Source of the DNA: Lama guanicoe
Taxonomy: Eukaryota
Direction of reading: 5' to 3'
DNA: 64,000 bases
NCBI GenBank assembly: GCA_013239625.1
Contig: MU054400.1
Span: forward strand, 1,347,146 to 1,411,145
Both the position numbers and the translations under genes were made by a program. Below the pieces are notes generated by a model. It was not told the origin of the DNA, did not search any database, and was given only the letters and a program-made list of their open reading frames with translations. Of this stretch, positions 46,951 to 59,715 are shown piece by piece (within the stretch, counting starts at the first letter, position 1; every line of letters starts with the position of its first letter).

Positions 46951-49900
46951 TAGGACTCCAGTCACTTAACAGAGCCTTCCCAAGAACTGGGAAGATCTCA
47001 GGGTCCAACTGCCCCTCTCCTGGAAAAACTCAAGTCCCAGATTTGTCTGCCAGAGGCATGATCAGGGGCCTAAACACATACTCATGAGAAAGGGACTCCA
47101 TGACATCCAACTCTGCTCACAGAGGCAGAGGTACCACCAACCAGGGAGATATGGCCAGAAACTAAAACAAGGTGTTAAGAGACAGTCTGGCTGGTAGTAA
47201 CAGATACAGACACACCAAAAGAAAGGACAAAGAGAGGGAGACAGAGAGGAAGACAGAGGCAGACACACTGGGCCAAAGAATCACAGGGACCGTGGGAAAA
47301 GGAGACAATACAGGGAGAGGAGGGGATAGGTTCCCCTGAAAAAACATAGACGCACACCAACATGCGCAGACACAGAGACACACATTGAGCCATCCAACCT
47401 TCACAAGAAGAAAACTGTGAAAGCAAACAAGACTCAGGCTGTGCGTGGTATGTGTGTAAGTGTGCACTCGTGTGAGCCTGTGTTGGGGGGGCCATGCCGA
47501 GGCTGTATCGCGACGCACATTACACCAGCTGCTTCCAGCAATTTCATCTGATTAATAATAAATGCCCCGTAATTACAGCCGCTCCCCCAGCCCTTCTTCC
47601 TGTTTTTTGTCAGCTGCCGCCAGGCCAGCCCCCTATGGACCTCATGGCCTCCTCCATCCTCACCTGCTGCCCTCTAGGAGACTGAGACGACTTGGGCTGG
47701 TGGAGGAGGCCAGATTCCTAACCTGAGGGTGAATACTCATTTCTTCATCTTGGATTAATGCTCAGTGCCTCCAAGCAAAAGGCTATCTCCCTTAGGTCTC
47801 ATCAGGACTCTCCCCGGTCCCTTGATATGACCTGTGACACCCAATGTGGCCTCGATGCCCAGGTCTCGGATGCAGAGAGATGAACTCTGAACTCCCCTCG
47901 CACCTCTTTATCCCTCACTGGCTGCCAGAAGTCTCCATTCACAATCTCTCCCCAGCTTTGGAACCCCATAGGCTCAAAAGAGGAAGGGGCCAGGACAGCC
48001 CCCCTCTTCCTGCCCCATCCTCCCAACCCAGGCAGCCCCAGAGTCCCTGCCCACTTGTGCACTCTCACGCTTTGGACACCCCGTGACTCCGCCCCCATTC
48101 CTGAGCACCCGCCCTCCCCAGGTCCACCTCCTTCCAGGCCTCCCACCCTAGCTCTCCAAGGCAGCTCTATCAGAATCAGCTGCGGGTTTGTGCTGATCTG
48201 TTTCTAATCGCTGGGGCCTGGTTCACGCTTGCCCCCCCAATATTGATTCCATTATTTGGAGAGTCATTGACGTCAGGGACCTGGATGGGCGCCAAAACCG
48301 CCTTCTCTCCGGGCCTGGGCCAGGGCCCAGCCCCCCAATTCCACGATTTCACGGAGGGGCCCAGTAAGGTCAGCTCAAGGGCCAAGGTCACACGACATCT
48401 GCCCTCAGAGGCTGGGCTCTTCTTACCTTTTGGGGACCACTGTGCAGTTCTCTTCTGGGGGAGAAGGGCTACACAGAGGCCTGGGGGTCAGAAGTGAGGT
48501 GGGGCCTAGAGAAGGAGGTGTGCAAGAACCTCACTGGGGCCTGCGCTGCAAGGAAGAGCTCTAGGAGGTCGGGATGGAGGCAGTGGCTGAGGGAAGACTA
48601 CTGGGGCAGGATTTTTTTCTTTGCAACACACTTATTTTGGAACACCGCAAAGCTGGACTTGAAATGGTTACTACAGACTACTTGATTTTTATATCTGATA
48701 CCAGAATTATGGCCAGACGCTCTGAGAAGGAAATTCTCTGCAGCATAGGATAACAGATTACCTTAAATGTTGCCATAATTTGACTAACTGGCACCACTAT
48801 TTTGTTCCACATAAAACAAAGGCTCTGTCTCCTGTACAACTCCCATGCATGTACCTCAGTTTCCCCACACTTTCCCAGTCTCTCCTGGCTCTGTATCCAT
48901 CTGATCAAGATGCAGCCACTGCTACACTGGCCCACACCAGCAACTCCGAGGCTCTGGCTAGACAGGGTATTTTTAGGATCTGAACCCCGTGTTCTCAAAC
49001 AGACATTAATAACCAATACGGACAGTCCGTGGTGTTCACAGCAGCTACACAACCTCAGAGCCCAGTCTCAAAGGCTCAGAGATGTGGTCGACTGCCTTCG
49101 CCAGAGTCCAAGAAACCCAGACCTAGAGAGAGCAAGGGACACGCTCACAACCACGTAGGGAGAAAAGGACTCTCCTACCTTCTGAAAAATCCTGAAGCCA
49201 GGAGAAGACAGAGGTGAACTTTGACCTCTGCCACAGAAGCAGGGTCACTGCCCTGCCTCGGTCTCTCCTAGTCCAGACCTTTTCAAGGAAGGAGCTGTCT
49301 ATCCTTTGCACTCCTTCCCTGAATTCAGGGAAGTCCTTCCTTTAGTCTAGCCTGCAAATCACTCAGCATTCCTTCGAGCCAAATAGGGTTATACGACAGA
49401 GGCTGCTGGGTCTCAAGCCACAAACCCCAGAGAGTCTTCTCTCCCTGTGGTCTGTCTCTCTCAATGATTCCTTCCTCAACATCTCTTGAGCACCCAATCC
49501 CTGCCAGGTACTGTGCCGGGAGTTAGGGACCTGGTCTTGCCCACCAATAGCACTCAGTCAGTCTGGCCGGAGAGAAAAAGATGTATGGTTTACTCAACAC
49601 TGCCCTCCTCCTGTGTACCTGGTCTGTGCCAGGGGCCGGAACGGTGGGTAAAGAGGGAAGTAGACCCAATCCCTAGGTCCCAGAGTTCATGGGCAATTAC
49701 TACACAGCCTTGCTAAGTATTGGGAAGAGAAAGTACAGGTAGTGTATGGCGGGGCGGGCTGACTTCCTGCGGGACTGAGGACTCTTCAGTCCATTCCTAA
49801 ACCCCAGGACTGCCCAGAAGGCACCACAAGAGTCTAACTTTAGTTTCTTCCACCGTAGCTCTGGTCCCAGCTTCTGGGAGCTAGTTCCTCACACCAGCAG

Positions 49901-51299
49901 GGTCTGACTCTTCCCCCACATCTGCCCCAGCTTCTCCTCCCACCTCTTAACCCCTAGAGATCTTGGCTCTGGTGACCCCAAACCCAGGATGGCTCTGTGC
50001 CCTGGGGGCTCTCTTAGCCCTCTGCAGAGGGAAAGGCGGGTGATGACCTCAGTGCTCTCGGCCCACAGGGACCACTTGCCTCCCCAGCCCCTCCCCACAG
50101 GAAGCTGGGAGCTGGGGTGGGTGTGGTTACCCCCGGGGCACCGGAGTTTACACAGCTGAGGTCTCCCCCACTCCCCCCACCTCTTGGTGGGTCTGGAGGA
50201 GGGGTCAGCTCTCTCTCCTCATCCTCAGCGTCCTTGCTCTCTGGGACTCCCCCAAACCAGGCACACATGGTCCCCCCCAACCCATCTGCATTTCAAAGAA
50301 AATATGCTCCATCTGTTTCCGATTCATTTACACTTCAACTCACCATGGGGGGGTAAAGCAGGGCGTCTTGGCCTCCAAGCCCCCCATCCCTATAGGGGGG
50401 CTGGAGAGCACGTATCCCCCACAGGGACAGGGAGCAGTTACGGTCTAGCCATCTGAGCCTGAGGGCCAGGTCCCTACATCATGGACTCCCTTGGGGTGAT
50501 GGTTCACCTTTGCTGGCTTCCACAGTGGGAGGGTGTTTAAAGGCCTGGGCAGTGAATCCACGGCAGGTGGAGTCCTAAAGCTGAGTGCAACCTGGCCCAA
50601 CTGCCCCCTCCCCACAAAGCTATTGCTCTTCTGGGAAGCTGAGTGGAGAACTCTGGGCATACCACGGAGACAAGATAAGAACTCAAGAGGCATTCCAGGA
50701 GATGCTGTGAGGTAGAACCTAACTTGGCCCTACCCCCTTGCCCAGGGCATAGGAGAGAGAAAAGGGTGGGTTCCAGTCCAGTCTTCTCCTCCAGTCAACT
50801 TCTACGCACAGGTCTGGGGCTATCATCTCCCTTAGAATCAGAGATTCAACATCCTAGAAAGGTCAAAGGAGCCAGAGGTCTACCCCTCACCCAGTCAATC
50901 TTCACATCACTCCCATCCTAAGGATGACTGGAGCTATCTTGGGAGGACGTGAGTCTTACTTTCCCACACCTGACCCTCTCCATCACAGAAGGGGTACCTA
51001 GAACTGCTTAAGAGGGATGTGCAGGTACATGGCACATGGGGGACTCTAAGTGTACATATTGCTCCTGTACCAAAAAGCCACTTAGAGCTTCCTGCTAAGA
51101 GCCATCTCCTGGAAGAAAAGGCAGAAAGTTTTAACTGTGTCAGTGTTTCCCACCACTCTCTCCATCAGCCCACAGCCCAAGGGACATGACCAAACACATA
51201 TCTCCTCCTCTCCCCACCTCTGGAGGAGACAGATCTGGTAAGAGTCTCTTCCTGATCCCAAATGCCCCGATATACACCATAAACCAAAGAAAGCATAAG

Positions 51300-52420
51300 A
51301 GTGTTTGACAGTTCTAAGTGCCACTGGTCATGTGAATACCACAATCCTAATGTGGGTCTGAATGTGAGCCCCAGGATGGAAGCATAACTGGGTGTGATTC
51401 TAAGTGTGACCCACCCCCCAGGGCTCCTGTGTGAATATGGAAGCCTCAAAAAGGAAGCACAAGTCTTGAGTGTGAGCACTAGGACCCTTGCGTGAGTCTG
51501 AGCATAACCCCTGGATGGAAGTGAGTTTAATGTAATTGCGAGGGATGTCGGTCTGAGTGTGAACTCCAAGATGGAAGTATGGGTTTGAGTGTGAACACGG
51601 GTCCCCATGTGCATGTACCTATAAGCCCTGGGTCTGAAATGTGAGTCTAACTGGGAGCCCCAGGATTCCCAACAAGGCAGTGGAAGCCTCGGAGTCCTAG
51701 TGTTGGTCCGAATGTGAGCTCCTGGCCTTCAGGGCATTCTGAGTGTGAGCGAAGGTTCCCCATATCAGTCTGAGTGTGAGCACTGGGGTCCTTTTAGAAG
51801 TCTGTGTGTGAATACTGGGTCCCTAAGTGATCCCAGGATGGAAGTGAGAAGCTTGCATGTGAGCACTGGAGTCCTGCTGTGAATCTGAGTGTGAGCTTGG
51901 AGATGGAAGTGTGAGTCTGTGAGCCCCAATATCCTGTGTGAGTCCTTGAGTTCAAATATGAGACCCGGCTTCCCCATGTGAGTCTGAGAGTGAGCCCCAG
52001 AATGTAAGTGTGAATCTGAGAAAGCTCTGGGGTCTTAGTGTGAGTCCTAGTGTGAGCCCTAGGACCCCAATGAGTTCTGAGCATGGGCTCTAGGTCTCAG
52101 TGTTAGTCTTCGAGCCTCAGGACAGAAATGTGCATCTAAGTGTGAGCCTAGAGTCCCAGTGTGAGTCTGAGTGTAAACTCCAGGACTAAAGTGTATCACT
52201 GGATATGACCAGAATATAACTGAATCTGAGTGCCTGCCAGTCCATTGTCCTAGTGTAATTCTTAGTGTGAGTCCATATGAGTTAAATTGTCCCAGTGCGA
52301 AGCTGAGTATGAATTCCAGAACCGCTAGAAGTCTTAAGTGTGAACTTTAAACTCCTACTCTTCATGTAAGGCTCAGGGTCCCAGTTGGAGTATTAACCCA
52401 GATGGGGTGTGAACTTTAGC
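51300..52420. repeat. Degenerate tandem array with about 30-32-bp units, consensus about GTGTGAGTCTGAGTGTGAGCCCYAGG(ATGGAA/GTCCCA)
   Basis: gtgtgagtctgagtgtgagc cores repeat through about 1.1 kb of intron 1. Confidence 0.75.
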
Positions 52421-53379
52421 TCCATGTCACCAATCCTGATCCCTAGCCCTAAAAACCAGTCCAGAGGATTTGTGTGGGTTTTGGCAGTGAAGCAAGGATA
52501 CAGTTTTTTGAGACACAGCCCCCTCCAAACGCCAAACCTTGGCTAGCTCTACAGCCATGGGAATATCCAATTGTTCAAGCCACATCATCCCCACATATGC
52601 ATTGGTACACCATCACACCCAGAGTTAGACACACAAGAATGCACTGTGTTTCAGATTCCCTGGACAAACAGCAATTATAGATACACGAACACACCCAGCA
52701 TTTCCTACTCCCACCACCTCAGTGACACAGACACACCCCCAGTGACACAGACACAAATATACCAAGTATTACAGGCAAAACAACTAGTGTTGCAGACACA
52801 CTCCTCCAGCGGCATGCAGGCACACATCCAGTGTTGCAGACAAGCTGCCAGCCACACAGACACACAGAGACGCTTCTCATCGAGATAGACTAGACGGAAA
52901 GAGAAAGAAAATCCTGAATTTTCAACAAGGCGTGAAATACTCCTGCCCGCCTGAAGCTACTGAAGGGGGGAGGGGGCCAAGGGAGCCGGCGAGCTCGAGA
53001 GCTAGACGCAGGAGGCTCGGGAGAGGAGAGGAGAGGAGCGAGGCAGGAGAGCTGTCCGTCTGGTGACCTCCCCTCGGCCCAGCCCCCACGCACGGGGAGA
53101 TACACCCCTCCGAGCCACATAGGGACACCCAGGCGGGCTCACACAGAGCCGCACTGGAGGAGACACACACCGGCAGACTCACAAAGAGACGGGGATACAC
53201 CACAAGCGGACTCACACGGACACACAACACAAGAGGACTTACAAAGAAATACTGAAGGAGACCCACTAAATGGAGATACATCCAGGCGGACTCACGAGGA
53301 AACCACAGTCAGGCTCACACCAACACACACACACGCACGCACACACATTAGCGGATTCACACGGACACACGTACACTGG

Positions 53380-54800
53380 CAGGCGCGCAACCGTCCGTTC
53401 ACACCCCTGGGCGCGCTTAAGTCCAGATTTCTCCTGGAGAAGGAAGCTTCTGGGCGCACGGGGGTCACTGCGACCCCCCCATCAAGCTCCGGAATTTTCC
53501 CAGACCCTGCGCGCTCTGCTGAGGGGCGAGGGAGAACGGGGAGGCTAGGGCAATCGGCCCCTGCCACCTCCCGCCAGCCGATAGTCCGTCCCCACCACCA
53601 CCACCACCACCACCACGCCCAACCGTCGGCGCGCCCAGACGTGGGGGGCCGCCTCTCCTGCGCCCCCGCCCCCGAGTTTACCCTCAAAGTTTCCCGTGAA
53701 CTTTCCCGGCCCCCTCCCCCCAGTCTCGGGCCCACGCCTGTCCCTCCCTCTTCACGCGCGCACGAGGGCCGCGGGTCTGTCGGTCAGCCCGAGGGTTTGA
53801 GGGTCCAGCCGCGCGCGGTCCGCGCGGGGTACTCACCGCGCCCTCGGGTCGCCGGGGCTCCGCACCTCGCCCTTCGACCGCCCCCGGTAGGGAACGAGGC
53901 AGGGAGCGCGGAGCTAGCACCGCTGCCCGATCCCGCCGCCAAGCCCCGCGCCGCGCGGGCTGGAGCCGCCGCCTCCACTGCCGCCGCTGCCGCCGCCCGC
54001 TCTGCACCGGCTCCTCGGCGCTCGGCGGCTTTAACCCCCCCATCCTCCTCCCTCCCTCGCGCGCTCCCTCCCTCCTTCCCTCGCCCATGTGACCGCGGGC
54101 GCCCGCTCGGCCGCGCGCGCCCTCCCTCCCCTCCCCCTCCCGCCTTGTCTCCCCGCGCCTCCGCGGCCGCGCGCCACGACCCCCTCCAGGCCACGGCCCC
54201 CGCGCGCCCCCGCTGTGGCACGCTCCCGCGCCTGGCTCGCGCGGCCCGCTCGCGCGGGCATACTCACCCTGAGCAGGCCTGTGAGCCCCCACTCCCACTC
54301 GTCTCGCGCTAGCATGCACCCTCCCCTCGCGGGCACACTCGCCCGCATTGGCACGCGTGGCCCCTTCGCATTCGCCCTTTCTCGGGAACGCCCTCCAGAC
54401 GGCTGTGGCCCCCGCGCTTCAGACGCAGCCCGGACCGCGGGTCTCAAAAACGCGCGCGCACATACACCCACACCCACTCCGCCGGATCCCCCAGGGCCGC
54501 TGGGCGCGCACCCAACCCCCTGGGATCGCTCATTCACACTCACTCTCTCACACTCAGCCTTGGCCAGGTCTCCGCCGCGCACACTCCCGCACGTTCAGGC
54601 CCTGACTGCTTCGCAACGACATCCTGGTACACCTCGGACCAACTCTCGGGGTCCTCCCGCGGGCACCTCCATGGAAGAGCGCGAGCTGGAGCCACCAGGC
54701 CCCACTTTGGGCACGGGAGGCCAGCCGTTTCCGCCCCTCCCCTATTCCTGCCGCCCCCAGCAATGACTCCCTCCCCCGACCTCCTCCTCCCAGCCACCAG
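53380..54800. promoter_or_regulatory. CpG island, main CNTFR promoter
   Basis: Very high GC and CpG density around exon 1; TATA-like element; CCAAT on the minus strand near 54347. Confidence 0.88.
53837..54004 (-). other. CNTFR: CNTFR exon 1, GC-rich non-coding first exon; TSS approximate
   Basis: GCG|gtgagt donor at 53837/53836 inside a CpG island; TATA-like TTAAAG at 54034-54029, about 30 nt upstream; no ATG in the exon. Confidence 0.8.
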
Positions 54801-57800
54801 ACATTATTTACACCCTCGCGCAGAGGAAAGAGGGCTATTTGCTCCCATGACCCGACACGGATCAGGCTGGGAACCCAGGCCCTCGCCTCCCACCAAGCCT
54901 CCAGTGATACACCACAACTACCCTCTCTTCTTCACTCTCCCACCCGCGGGCATAAGGCCTGGGGCGAGATCTCCACTGGGATACGGGGCGTAGGGAGGGT
55001 GCACCCTCTATGCCTGGACGGGCAGTGCCAGAGCGCGAGTGCCAGAATTTGGCGCTGGAGGTTCACTCTTTCGCAGCCTGGGCTTCTGAGGGGAGGGTGT
55101 GCTAATTTCACTCGCCCCCAGGCCTCCGGTCCAGCTATAACATAGGGGATTAAGGTTAGACAACCCGACTACTTCTGAGGCCACAGGAAAGCGCAACAGA
55201 AAGAGTGAATGCCAGAGGCGGATAACGAGTGGCCCACCCCCATCCCCACCCCAAGGATTTTTCACCTGACCTTTGACCCATAATCCCTGCGCTTAGCCCC
55301 TCCGGGATGCTGCGCAAGGGCCGAGGGCGGGGAGGGGAAAAGGAAACATCTCGCTGCTTCCTCACACCCTTCCCTAGTAGGCTGCCCAGAGGACCCGGGC
55401 CCTTTCCCAACAAATGCCTCAGGGACTCCCATTGCAGAGGAAAAACCTTCCTGCCACTGCCCGGGCTTTTCACTTTCACTTCCGTGGCCTCCGAATCCCC
55501 TCAGTGCAACCGGCAGGGGTCAGCCGGAGCTGGGGCTCAGAAAGGGCCGGCTGGGGTTTAAGGACACAGAGAAATAGTGGCACCCTGCTGAGATCCAGCT
55601 CACTGCCACCCACAGTAGGTGTCCTTTATCCGGACTCTCTGGAGGAGCCTCCAAATACCCGGGTTGTGGGCGGGGACCAGGTGGTGGGCACCAGGAAGTA
55701 GCCGAGACGGTTCCAACAGAATGTGTGGGTTGGGGGCGAGAGAGAGGTGTCAGGAATGCCCCTCCCCATGACCTAAACTAGGCCTCGGAGAGACTGGGTT
55801 CTGCGGAAGGCGCCCCTACCCTTGAGGCGCCGATGGGCGTCGAGATCTGCGGATCACTGATGGGCTGTCATGACCTCCAGATCCTCCAAGTGTCCTGGAC
55901 TCAGCCCCCTTCTGCCAGGTTGAGAGCAGTGAGGAGTTCTGCCCCGAACCAACGTTCCCTCTTCACCTGGGGACGCTGGGGCTGCCGTCGACAGTGCCCA
56001 AGTACGCGGGTGCTGGGGCAGGATCCGCTCAGAGCAAGCGGGGTCCGGCAGCCCGAGAAGTTGGTGTGTCAGAGGATTCGCGAAGACCAGAGGCGCACGT
56101 CGGACCGGATCCCTGAGTCAGTCGATCCGCAGCTTCTCTGGGTGCAGTACCCAGCGTCCGCACCCGCTTCCCCGAGGCCGCAGCGACACCTGGCGGGCAG
56201 TGTGGGACGCGCGTGCTCCCTTGGGCTGCGGCTCCCGCAAAGAGGCAGCGCCCACCTACAGAGCAACTAGGGGTGCGGCCCCTCTCTCCCTCCTGCCGCT
56301 ACCCAGAAGTGGTTCTCTTTCCATCTGAGCTGGGGCAACAGATTATTCGTGGATTTCCGCTCCCTCCGGCTCCAATGCCCTAACTGTACATGAGTTTCTG
56401 AGCTTTCTAAGCCTCCGTGTTGAACCCCCCTGGACCCCACTTCCCTGGGGGCAAAGCCAAGCTCCGTAGGAGGCTCTTCAGAGCCCTTGTAGGATCTGTC
56501 CCTGTCTCCTCTCCAGCTTTATTGGGCGCCCCTATCCCCGGTATCCCCAGTTTTGCACCAGCCCCCTTCTCGCTCATGGCGCACTTATCCTTAAGCCAAA
56601 TCCCACTTCACTGATACCCTCCCCCTAGCCCCACGCATCCTCACCATCTGCCTCTCCCATGACGGGTAGCCAGAAATAACGCCCCCAGTTCAGAGCCCTG
56701 TGCCCTGCAAATGATTGTGACTGCAGATTTGATAATCCTGAAGGCCTTGGGAAATTGGGGGGAAGTTCTTCTTGACTTTGTAAAACTCCTTGGAGTTTTA
56801 TACTCACCATGAAAAGACTTTTGGCTCCACCCTCTTCCACCCTGGCAGATATCCTAAACTTGGACCACCTCCCACGCCCTTCCCCGGGAGACAACTGTGC
56901 CATCCCAAGCCTTTGGGTAGCAAGGACCCTTCCTCATTCTTACTGATGTGTCCTCAAGGAAAGAGAGGCCCCCTCTGCCGTTTCCAGTGTTCCTTCGGGA
57001 AATGGTGCTTATTTCTAACCTTCTATACCATCAGAAAGCTCCACCATGAGGCACATACTTGGCTACTCAAAGTCACAAACACTCACACACAGACTATCTT
57101 CCTACAAATGCTGAACACACCTTATGTAAATTCACACACCTAATTTCCTCCCACTGGGACCTAGGGTCCTCTGCCTGGGGCTGGGAGTTAGAGGTCTCAG
57201 AAGGGCGGGACTCCCGGAATGACACCATACCACACATAGACACGGTCACCCACACAGCCATGGACTCAGTCACACCGCGTGTCACACAGGCACACACGCA
57301 GAGTCACACACGCTCTCAATCACACACTGGGGTTTGGCGGGTCGGGGCGGGCTCCGGGAGGCGGTTACGTAAACGCCCTCACAGCACCCCCCTCCCCCTC
57401 ACCCCCCTCCCCGCTTCCTCACGCAGTGCCAGCGCCCGGGGCGGCTTGGCCGGGGCCCGGGAACAGCTCGGCCTCGCGGAGGCTCCAGGCGCCGAGAAAC
57501 CCGATCCGACACAGCCCCAGGCCGAGCCAGGGAGGGGGGCCCAGATCACCCCCCCACAACACACTCAGGGTCCAGCTCAGCCCCCCAGAGACGACTCACC
57601 CACACCCTGGGACAACACTTAGTGTCCACTCACACCACCTTGTGCAGACCCCGTCTGGAATCCTGTCATCGGTATGGCCACCTAAGTGTGCCCTGAACCT
57701 TCCAGCCTCTGGCACCAGAAAAGGGCAAAGATTCCCTAAAGGTAGAGAATGGGAGGGCTGAAGCCATAATGGGGGATACCTAAGTATTTAGCCTGGAATT

Positions 57801-59139
57801 GCTCCAAGTTCTCCTGAGCGATCTCCTCTTCTTCCTCACTGGGGTTCTCTAAAGCCGCTGAGAGAGAGGTGCTTTCACTCCTGCCCCACCCCCCTCAGGT
57901 TTGCTGCCTACCAATCTCAACATTGCCTATTTTATTTGGATAGGTCCAAAGCCCCCTCTCCCTCTCTTTGATATCCTTCCTTCCTCTTCACTTGGAAGTT
58001 CTAACTCCAGTCTAACCCCAGTTCCTCCTGTTTTGCTAAGAAGGAAGTTTGAGGGCAACCTGAGACATTGGAAGGAGGAAGGATTAAGGCTCAGGAAACT
58101 CCTGAAAGTCAGGAGTCTAAGAGGAGGGGAGAGACTGTCTGTGTCCATCGCCCCCCACCCCCGACTCTGCAACCCAGACTCAATTTTTCACAAGTGCTTT
58201 TGAGTATCTGCCTGGGCTGCCCAGGCCCAAGCAGAAAGGGAATTTCCCCCTATGTTCTCTGTTAATGAACAAAACATTTCATGTTGAAATTCCTCCTCTG
58301 CCCCCAGCCCAGTGTTTCCAGGGCCCCTCAGCCTGACCAAGCAGGGGGACCACTAGGAGGGGAGTAACAGAGTAGGGAGCAGCCCCCAGGGGAAGCATAA
58401 TTTACACTAAGGGGGCATCTTTCTTCATAAATAATTAGAGCAGCTTTTTTTTTTTCACTTTTGGCTAAAATTACCCACTCCTGTGGCAGCTTCCCAGAAA
58501 GGGCGGCCGGAGGGCGGCCGGAGCTGTCCCGAGGCCCAGGACATGGCCCCCCTCCCCTGGGTGAGGAGCCTTCCCCAAGTTGTTTTCCTGGTCTCTTCCT
58601 CTTGGATGTTTTTTTGATTATTAATCATATTTTCCATCCGCAGTCTCATTCCAGACCCCCCTCCCCCTGGGGTCAGGGCTGGACTGAGGGAGGAAGAGCG
58701 GTCTCCAGGAGGATGAGTTGGGGACAAGATGGGCAGTGACCCCTGGTCTTGGCTGACCTGAAAGAGGCTGTCAGTGGCATGTCACAGATCACACCTTCAC
58801 CATCCTGGTATATAGCAGGATGTTACTCAATACAAGTGGAGTGAATGAATGAACAGGTGTCCAGCTTTCACAACACCTGGCTGGTGCTGGAAGGCAAAGC
58901 CCTTAGTGTTGGTCCCCTCGTGCAATAGACAGGGAAACAGCTCAGAGAGGGGGAGTCACCGGCCCAGAGTCACACAGCAATTTAGTGGTAGGGCCAGAAT
59001 AGGACCCCAGTAATGCTGATGGCTCCTCCATTCATAAAGCAGTCAATAAATATGTATTGAACGCTTAGTATATTCCAGGCATTGATCTAAGTAATAAGAT
59101 ATAGCAGTGAACCAAACAGGCAAAAATCCCTTCCCTCTC

Positions 59140-59715
59140 AAGGATGTGGAGAAACTAAAACTCCACACACTGCTGGTGGGTGTATGAGCTGGTACAACTA
59201 CTTTGGAACACTGTCTGGCAGGATCTACTCAGCTGAACATATGTATATCCTGTGACCCAGCAATTCCACTCCCAGATATATACCCAAAGGAAATTATTCC
59301 ATACGTTTACCAAGAATGTTCTTAGCAGTTCTATTCATTTATAGCCTCAAACTGGAAACAACCCATAATGAGTGAATAGATTGTGATATAGTTGCAGCAA
59401 TGGGAAAGAACCAACTATAGCTACACACAAGAAAAAATGGATAAAGCTCATAGCCAAAATGCTGAGCAAAGAAAAAAAAAAAGAACCAGACACAAAAGAG
59501 ACAAAAGAGTACGTGTTGAATGATTTCATTTATACACAGCCCAAGAACAGGCAAAACTCAGTCATGGTGATAGAAGTCAGAACTGCAGTTACCTTTGTTG
59601 GGAGGAGGGGGAGGTTTCCAAGAGTGTACATACATATGGTACATATGTCAAAATTTAAGTTGTACCCTTAAGGTTTGTGCACTTGACTGTTTAATTTTTG
59701 CCTTAAAAAAAAGTT
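59140..59715 (+). mobile_element. Old LINE-1 (L1M) 3' fragment within L2-like flanks
   Basis: ggatgtggagaaact...tgctggtggg...tgacccagcaattccactcc...atatacccaaagg is a classical L1 ORF2-end/3' UTR; A-rich end near 59705. Confidence 0.8.

Larger units (their letters stand above)
16590..54004 (-). other. CNTFR: CNTFR gene span (10 exons, 372-aa GPI-anchored cytokine receptor alpha chain); ends approximate
   Basis: The spliced exons below translate to MAAPVPWACCAVLAAAAAVVYAQRHSPQETPHVQYERLGSDV...WSDWS...LALAAAAATASSLLI*, recognised as CNTFR-alpha. All junctions are GT-AG with compatible phases. Confidence 0.98.

Noticed and set aside
33400..48000. Orthologue of the antisense lncRNA CNTFR-AS1
   Set aside because: Known from human annotation only; no exon structure can be supported from this sequence.
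51300..52420. CRISPR-like repeat/spacer appearance
   Set aside because: Mammalian intron; units are degenerate and the between-core segments resemble each other; no cas genes.
53641..54766. ORFs of 145-225 aa on both strands
   Set aside because: CpG-island artefacts overlapping CNTFR exon 1; no recognisable domain.
55800..57560. Small upstream CpG patches as a separate gene start
   Set aside because: No coherent exon chain or recognisable protein; likely shores of the CNTFR CpG domain.
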